This document shows, one piece after another, positions 59,407 to 64,000 of a stretch of DNA of 64,000 nt; position 1 is the first letter of the stretch; each line of letters begins with the position of its first letter. Below the pieces are notes generated by a model. The model searched no databases, was not told the origin of the DNA, and worked only from the letters and a program-made list of their open reading frames with translations. The stretch spans positions 32,001-96,000 of the IMG/VR virus record IMGVR_UViG_3300029957_000006. The stretch is one strand, 5' to 3'. The DNA is from a virus. Made by a program: the position numbers and the translations under genes.

Positions 59407-59634
59407 TTAGTTAGAAGAATAAGTCTTGATCAAAGAAGTAAATTCTGTGTAAGTTTCTCTACTAACATTTTTGTTTTTGTAGTTAGCTTTAACTCTTGCT
59501 TTGATGTCAGAAACATAATTTCTTCCGAAGTTAGCTTTTCTTGAAGCTTCTGATAATGAGATTTTTTGTTTAATGGCAGTCTTGATGATTTTGATACCAT
59601 TTTTAACACTGGTTTCTGTTTTGGTGTTTGTCAT
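59407..59634 (-). CDS. small basic hypothetical protein
   Basis: ORF after TATATTTG promoter box at 59665. Confidence 0.55.
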   Translation of the reverse strand: MTNTKTETSVKNGIKIIKTAIKQKISLSEASRKANFGRNYVSDIKARVKANYKNKNVSRETYTEFTSLIKTYSSN

Positions 59635-59704
59635 AAATTTTGGTTTTTGTTTTTTGTTATATTGCAAATATACTAAATTATTTTATATCTAGCAAGCTTT
59701 TTAT

Positions 59705-60586
59705 TTAATTAGTCTTAACATAGAGTCTCAGCTTATCTTGATTCAAGAGTCCTTTCATACCATATCCTTCATCATAAGAAGCAAAGATATCTGAAAAATT
59801 ATCAGCTGAGAATTTTCTAAACCATCCACCAGTTAAATTTGTTGAGACTCTTACCAACGCATACTTGAAAGCATCTTTATGTGTAAAGGCTGGAATATTT
59901 GACTCTCCTTTAATAAGAGGATAAAGACATCTTTCCAAAGCAATTACATAACACTCTTCAAGAACTTGTTTAATCTTGTCCTCATGAGATAGAGATTCAA
60001 AAAGAGACTTATGACATTCAACTGTTTCGTCAATCTTTGTTCTCAAATACATTGGTTTATCATAATGAGCCATTATCTCATGAATTGAGTCATGTTCATA
60101 ATAATATTTAACCTTATCAGTGAAAAATACCGTACTATCTTTACCTTTTAATTTAGGTAAATGAAGTCGTTTAAGTTCAGCTTCGTTAAAGGATAGAATA
60201 AATTCTTCTCCCCAACTTTTTGATAGCTCAGTAAGTTCTGGTGTTAATTTAGTGATCTTAAGTAGCTCTGAATAATCCATCAAGTGTTTAAATGATTTTC
60301 TAAACTTGCCTCGATAAATATACTTGTGACTATTCTTGATACTTAAAACAACATCTAATGGTGCAACTACCTCAGAGGTAGTTGCATTACAATAGTTTAA
60401 ATAACGTTCTCCAGTTGAATTGGGATGAGCGACAAATATATCAGTTCTTTTTCCATCTTTTATAACTGAATAAAATCTATCAGTTGCCTCAACACCTGTT
60501 AATTTAGATGTTTCAAATGGAGTAGCGATGACATCTAAGTCTTCTGGCTCTCTTAACTTACTTGCTGTTGATCCTATTATTAGCAA
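59705..60586 (-). CDS. conserved phage protein with nucleotidyltransferase-like N-terminus
   Basis: IIGS...DLDVI, HDSIH, EECYVIALER. Confidence 0.6.
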   Translation of the reverse strand: MLIIGSTASKLREPEDLDVIATPFETSKLTGVEATDRFYSVIKDGKRTDIFVAHPNSTGERYLNYCNATTSEVVAPLDVVLSIKNSHKYIYRGKFRKSFKHLMDYSELLKITKLTPELTELSKSWGEEFILSFNEAELKRLHLPKLKGKDSTVFFTDKVKYYYEHDSIHEIMAHYDKPMYLRTKIDETVECHKSLFESLSHEDKIKQVLEECYVIALERCLYPLIKGESNIPAFTHKDAFKYALVRVSTNLTGGWFRKFSADNFSDIFASYDEGYGMKGLLNQDKLRLYVKTN

Positions 60587-60807
60587 TTTGAGTTTTCGTC
60601 AAAGTTAGCATATTCATCAGTCATTGCTTCGATGATACAAACTGATGCTTTTGTATTCAAGTTTTCGAATTCACCATTAAGTGATTCAATTGCATTTTCT
60701 CCAGCACGTGCTGTCAATTCGCCATCTTGTACTTTTACAAGGATTTCATTTAAGCGAACATAGTATTTCTTTTGTTCTGCTTTCTTTTCTTCTGCTGTCA
60801 TTTTCAT
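60580..60807 (-). CDS. hypothetical protein
   Basis: ORF after promoter box at 60842. Confidence 0.55.
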   Translation of the reverse strand: MKMTAEEKKAEQKKYYVRLNEILVKVQDGELTARAGENAIESLNGEFENLNTKASVCIIEAMTDEYANFDENSNC

Positions 60808-60875
60808 TTTTGTGAATTTTAAGTGTTAATTTTTATTTTTACAAAACTACACCTAATTTTTGAAACCTACAAGTT

Positions 60876-61193
60876 TTATTTTTGATTATTTCTAAAATGT
60901 TCTTTAAGTTTCTTTTGTCCAAGTAATTCCAACAACACATCACCATGACAGGGTTCTGGTTTACAAAAACAACCAAGTACCTTTCCTTCAAGCTCATCTA
61001 ATGCTTCCATTAATTCTGGACTAGCAAGGATGTGTTCTTTATACTTAGCAAGAGCTTCTTCTTTTGATCCAACTACTTCTTTAGCTAGTGTTGGCCGATC
61101 TTTAATTATTGTAAAAGGACAACCCCATTTACTACCTCTGCCAATATACACATCATATGGATCATGTTTAAGATTTACCAGTTTAGTTACCAT
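60876..61193 (-). CDS. DUF4326 family protein
   Basis: DVYIGRGSKWGCPF, LGCFCKPEPCHGDVL. Confidence 0.9.
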   Translation of the reverse strand: MVTKLVNLKHDPYDVYIGRGSKWGCPFTIIKDRPTLAKEVVGSKEEALAKYKEHILASPELMEALDELEGKVLGCFCKPEPCHGDVLLELLGQKKLKEHFRNNQK

Positions 61194-61677
61194 ACTTCAA
61201 TTTCCAATATCCTTGTTTATTTAATCTGAAAAATGTTACATATTCCTTAGGTACATCAATGAATTCTTCTTTATAAATATCAGCATCATATAATTCAAAT
61301 GCTTCAGTGCAATACACACTAACTGGTTTATCTGTAAATTTACTGATATCAGACATCTTAATCAAACCAACTTCAGTATAGTCAAGACCCCAAACGAAAT
61401 AATAATCACATTGTGAATTCCTTTTCCTTATTGGAATATGAACAGTTGAGTAGATATCTCGAATTTTTTTAAAATTACCCCGATATTCATTTTCAACACT
61501 TATTACTTCACCTTTATCATTCTTGAATATTAAATCATATTTTTTGAAGTGTTCTTTTTCAACATCACCTATTAATTCGTAGCCTCTATTTTTCATAAGT
61601 GATATAGCAGCTTTTTTTGCACTCATATCACACTGTCTATATATATGAATATCAAATTCTCTTTTTGCTTCACTCAT
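61183..61677 (-). CDS. hypothetical protein, possible PD-(D/E)xK nuclease fold
   Basis: YDLIF...SVENE. Confidence 0.45.
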   Translation of the reverse strand: MSEAKREFDIHIYRQCDMSAKKAAISLMKNRGYELIGDVEKEHFKKYDLIFKNDKGEVISVENEYRGNFKKIRDIYSTVHIPIRKRNSQCDYYFVWGLDYTEVGLIKMSDISKFTDKPVSVYCTEAFELYDADIYKEEFIDVPKEYVTFFRLNKQGYWKLKYGN

Positions 61678-61963
61678 ATCAATTAAAAACGAATAATTTC
61701 TTTATCATATTAATTAACAGTAATGGTTATTCCTAATGACATACCTAACCATAGAAGACTTAAATTATATGACATTGGTCCAAAATGTCTAAATTCTTTT
61801 TTATGACCAAATCTACTAGGTATTAATGTTGGTATAAGTGCTAGTTCACTATTATATTTAGTAAAAGATACTGAATATTTTTTTGTTAATGTTAATGTTG
61901 TTCTCATATTACAAATATACATAAAAAAAGCCGAACAATCAAGTTCAGCTTTTAGATAAAAAT

Positions 61964-62401
61964 TTAGGTAGTTTTCTTCTTTCTGAAAGTTGGAGTTTGG
62001 CTATGACAATTAGGGCAAAGAATTCTAAGGTTTTCTAATCTATTGTCATTACTATCACCATTGATATGATCCAATTCAAGTGTCATTGGTTTACCATTCC
62101 ACTCACCAGTATTACCACAACTTAAACATTTATTCTCTAATAATCCAGTAAATATTAATCGTCTTTTTAGATGAGGTGAATCAAATGTTACTTTATTAGC
62201 TAAGATATCCTCCATCTTAACCTTACTCTTAAGTATTCCCTTACCAGACATATTCCCAACATAAATAATATCCATTTTTTTTAAGTAGATATTAAGTGTA
62301 TCTTGTTTACATCCAAGTTCTTTTGATATGAAAGATTTAGGTTTATTTTCTGAAATCCAAATTAAAATTTCGTCTTTTCGTTTAATTATATCTTTTCTCA
62401 T
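61964..62401 (-). CDS. HNH endonuclease in tRNA array
   Basis: CLSCG, LELDHINGDSNDNRLENLRILCPNCHSQT. Confidence 0.92.
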   Translation of the reverse strand: MRKDIIKRKDEILIWISENKPKSFISKELGCKQDTLNIYLKKMDIIYVGNMSGKGILKSKVKMEDILANKVTFDSPHLKRRLIFTGLLENKCLSCGNTGEWNGKPMTLELDHINGDSNDNRLENLRILCPNCHSQTPTFRKKKTT

Positions 62402-62457
62402 ATATTAAATATATGGTAGACATGTGAAAAGTACACAATACGTGTTAAAACATTTTG

Positions 62458-62531
62458 TAGCCCTCGTGAGATTCGAACTCACACTGGATGGCTTCTTAGA
62501 CCATTGCCTCTACCAATTGGGCTAGAGGGCC
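62458..62531 (-). tRNA. tRNA-Leu(AAG), short variable region
   Basis: ATGGT-CTAAGAA-GCCAT; A73. Confidence 0.85.
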
Positions 62532-62537
62532 AAGTTC

Positions 62538-62615
62538 AAGATGGTTGTATGGAATTGAACCACTGATTTATTTTTGAGATAAATTTTTAACCTGTTACTT
62601 TGCTGTAACCATCTT
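62538..62615 (-). other. degenerate tRNA-like element (nominal CAA loop)
   Basis: 9-bp closing stem AAGATGGTT/AACCATCTT, ATTTAT-CTCAAAA-ATAAAT, short TGG-TTCAATT-CCA; no D-stem. Confidence 0.5.
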
Positions 62616-62618
62616 TTG

Positions 62619-62700
62619 TGAGAGTGGTGGGACTCGAACCCACAAGCCTTTCGGCCTCCGTTTCTAAGACGGAGCTGTATGCCAATTCCAGCACACTCCC
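62619..62700 (-). tRNA. tRNA-Leu(TAG)
   Basis: TCCGT-CTTAGAA-ACGGA; long V-arm. Confidence 0.92.
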
Positions 62701-62857
62701 ATAAATACTAATAGCTGAATGTATCCCAGTTTACCATTGACTTACTTTGACCAATCCCAATCTTAGTTGTTGTTGGTTTTAAGAGCTTGGACTTATTTCA
62801 TTGCCAAGATAAACACGCAAATATTTCAATTTACGTAGTAAGCACTATTAATATTTG

Positions 62858-62939
62858 TAGCCTAGAACGGACTCGAACCGTTACGTCTTGCGACACCAGA
62901 TTTTGAGTCTGGCGTGTCTACCAATTTCACCACAAGGCC
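62858..62939 (-). tRNA. tRNA-Leu(CAA)
   Basis: CCAGA-CTCAAAA-TCTGG; long V-arm. Confidence 0.93.
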
Positions 62940-62954
62940 ATTGTGATCATGTTG

Positions 62955-63030
62955 TAGCCCAAGTGGGATTCGAACCCACAGTTGTACAGATTTTAAGTCT
63001 GTTGTGTCTAACCAGTTGCACCACTGGGCC
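62955..63030 (-). tRNA. tRNA-Leu(TAA), short variable region
   Basis: ACAGA-CTTAAAA-TCTGT. Confidence 0.9.
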
Positions 63031-63036
63031 ATCTAG

Positions 63037-63118
63037 TAGGGAAAAACGGACTCGAACCGTTACGCCTTACGGCAAGGGATTTTAAGTCCCTCGTGTCTAC
63101 CAATTTCACCATATCCCC
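63037..63118 (-). tRNA. tRNA-Leu(TAA)
   Basis: AGGGA-CTTAAAA-TCCCT; long V-arm. Confidence 0.93.
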
Positions 63119-63366
63119 ATAAGAACATATGTTCTTATTCATTTTCTTTCCATTGAGAATTTCGATATCCTTTCCAAGAGAGGCTGTGATTATCTCTATT
63201 TCTATTACAACCTCTGTTAGGTGGACAAATCGGGCAACCCATGTTTTGTCTTAAAGCCTTGTTATACACTTGGCTATTCATTGTGTGTTTCAGTGTCTTT
63301 TTTTCTCTCATGTTTCACTGTGCTTTATTATGCACTAGGTGAAACCATCCGCTTTTAAATTCATCA

Positions 63367-63621
63367 TTATACTTTTTCTTCTTTAATGGTTGATGACTTG
63401 CAACATTCAAATAATTTAGCTAATTCTGGTTTAATTTTACCTTTCAATCCATTTAAAAGACCAGAATCTTCCCAAGCTTTTGTGACTTTTTTGATCTTAT
63501 CTTCTTCTATTTTTTTCTTAAGATCACTTAAACAAGCTGAGTGAGCAAAGTGTGTTTTATCAACAACAATTGCCATGCAACTAATTGGTTTTTCGCAGTA
63601 TGAGCATGTAAAGTAAATCAT
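63367..63621 (-). CDS. small Cys-rich protein with capsid-N-terminus-like tail
   Basis: CSYC...H..C; KAWEDSGLLNGL; start ATG 63621. Confidence 0.55.
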   Translation of the reverse strand: MIYFTCSYCEKPISCMAIVVDKTHFAHSACLSDLKKKIEEDKIKKVTKAWEDSGLLNGLKGKIKPELAKLFECCKSSTIKEEKV

Positions 63622-63644
63622 GTTATTTTGTATTAAATTTTTAG

Positions 63645-63715
63645 TAGCCCCTGACGGAATCGAACCATCTACGCTTGCATGTAAGGCAAGTACACATCCA
63701 TTGTGAATAAGGGCC
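63645..63715 (-). tRNA. tRNA-Val(TAC)
   Basis: CTTGC-CTTACAT-GCAAG. Confidence 0.8.
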
Positions 63716-63720
63716 ATTTG

Positions 63721-63793
63721 TTGGACTTGAGAATTTTGAAATCTCGACTTCTACCATGTCATAGTAGCACTCTAGCCTCTGAGTTAAAGTCCA
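63721..63793 (-). tRNA. tRNA-Val(GAC)
   Basis: CTACT-ATGACAT-GGTAG; TGGACTT/AAGTCCA. Confidence 0.8.
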
Positions 63794-63805
63794 ATTTTTG
63801 AGTAG

Positions 63806-63933
63806 AGCAAAAGGTAGGGATCGAACCTACATTACAGTCAACCAGACATCCTGATGAGAACCATCAGGTAGAGGATTGATGACTATTCCTCCGTTTAAAA
63901 AGCTAGCGTGTATACCACTTTCACCACCTCTGC
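63806..63933 (-). other. tRNA-like gene with large structured insertion in anticodon region
   Basis: Acceptor, Leu-type D-arm and T-arm intact; 128 nt total with two extra hairpins. Confidence 0.6.
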
Positions 63934-63957
63934 ACTACTCAATATTTTAAAGAACTG

Positions 63958-64000
63958 TGGGAATGACAGGGTTCGAACCTGTGACCCTCTGCTTGTAAGG
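63958..64000 (-). tRNA. tRNA-Val(TAC), 3' half (truncated by window edge)
   Basis: CTTACAA loop, ACAGG-TTCGAAC-CCTGT. Confidence 0.8.

Noticed and set aside
66-61224. Numerous short plus-strand and nested minus-strand ORFs in the track
   Set aside because: Shadows of longer minus-strand genes that carry clear family motifs
56299-63085. ORFs 56299-56484, 56755-56961, 56769-57023, 58523-58738, 62888-63085
   Set aside because: They overlap tRNA genes and are translation artefacts
63850-63900. Hammerhead ribozyme (CTGATGA on plus strand)
   Set aside because: No GAAA core partner or stem arrangement; the motif is one arm of a simple hairpin
1-64000. Stop-codon reassignment or suppressor tRNAs
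   Set aside because: Conserved proteins are full length in code 11, TAG and TGA both end genes, and no CTA/TCA/TTA anticodon in a canonical loop was found
1-64000. CRISPR array
   Set aside because: No regularly spaced direct repeats; the recurring CAAAGGTA motif is a promoter element

Overview
AT-rich, almost entirely minus-strand segment of what looks like a large (jumbo/huge) phage infecting Bacteroidota. Host inference rests on more than 20 copies of the Bacteroidota sigma-A promoter (TAnnTTTG with a TTG/TTTG box 19-20 nt upstream) and the general lack of Shine-Dalgarno motifs. The genetic code appears standard. The window holds host-takeover genes (GlnRS, RNase R, IF-3, PPK2, Thg1-like, MnmA, RNA ligase), an NAD/ADP-ribose island (Prs, sirtuin, macrodomain, NADAR, NAMPT, NMNAT-Nudix, SLOG), five to six free-standing homing endonucleases and an array of about 20 tRNA or tRNA-like genes, several of them aberrant. 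Three stand-out elements: (1) a compact diversity-generating retroelement at 41.9-44.7 kb with one 57-bp template repeat, three paralogous targets carrying adenine-only substitutions, and no avd gene; (2) a ~900-nt hairpin-rich non-coding region at 51.95-52.87 kb, behind an anticodon-less tRNA-like leader, containing a 25-nt exact copy of the conserved 23S rRNA helix 69-70 sequence; (3) a GIY-YIG endonuclease inserted into the first catalytic motif of a HAD gene, followed by a synonymously recoded replacement 5' end. All alignments and folds were done by eye; product calls come from recognised motifs, not database searches.
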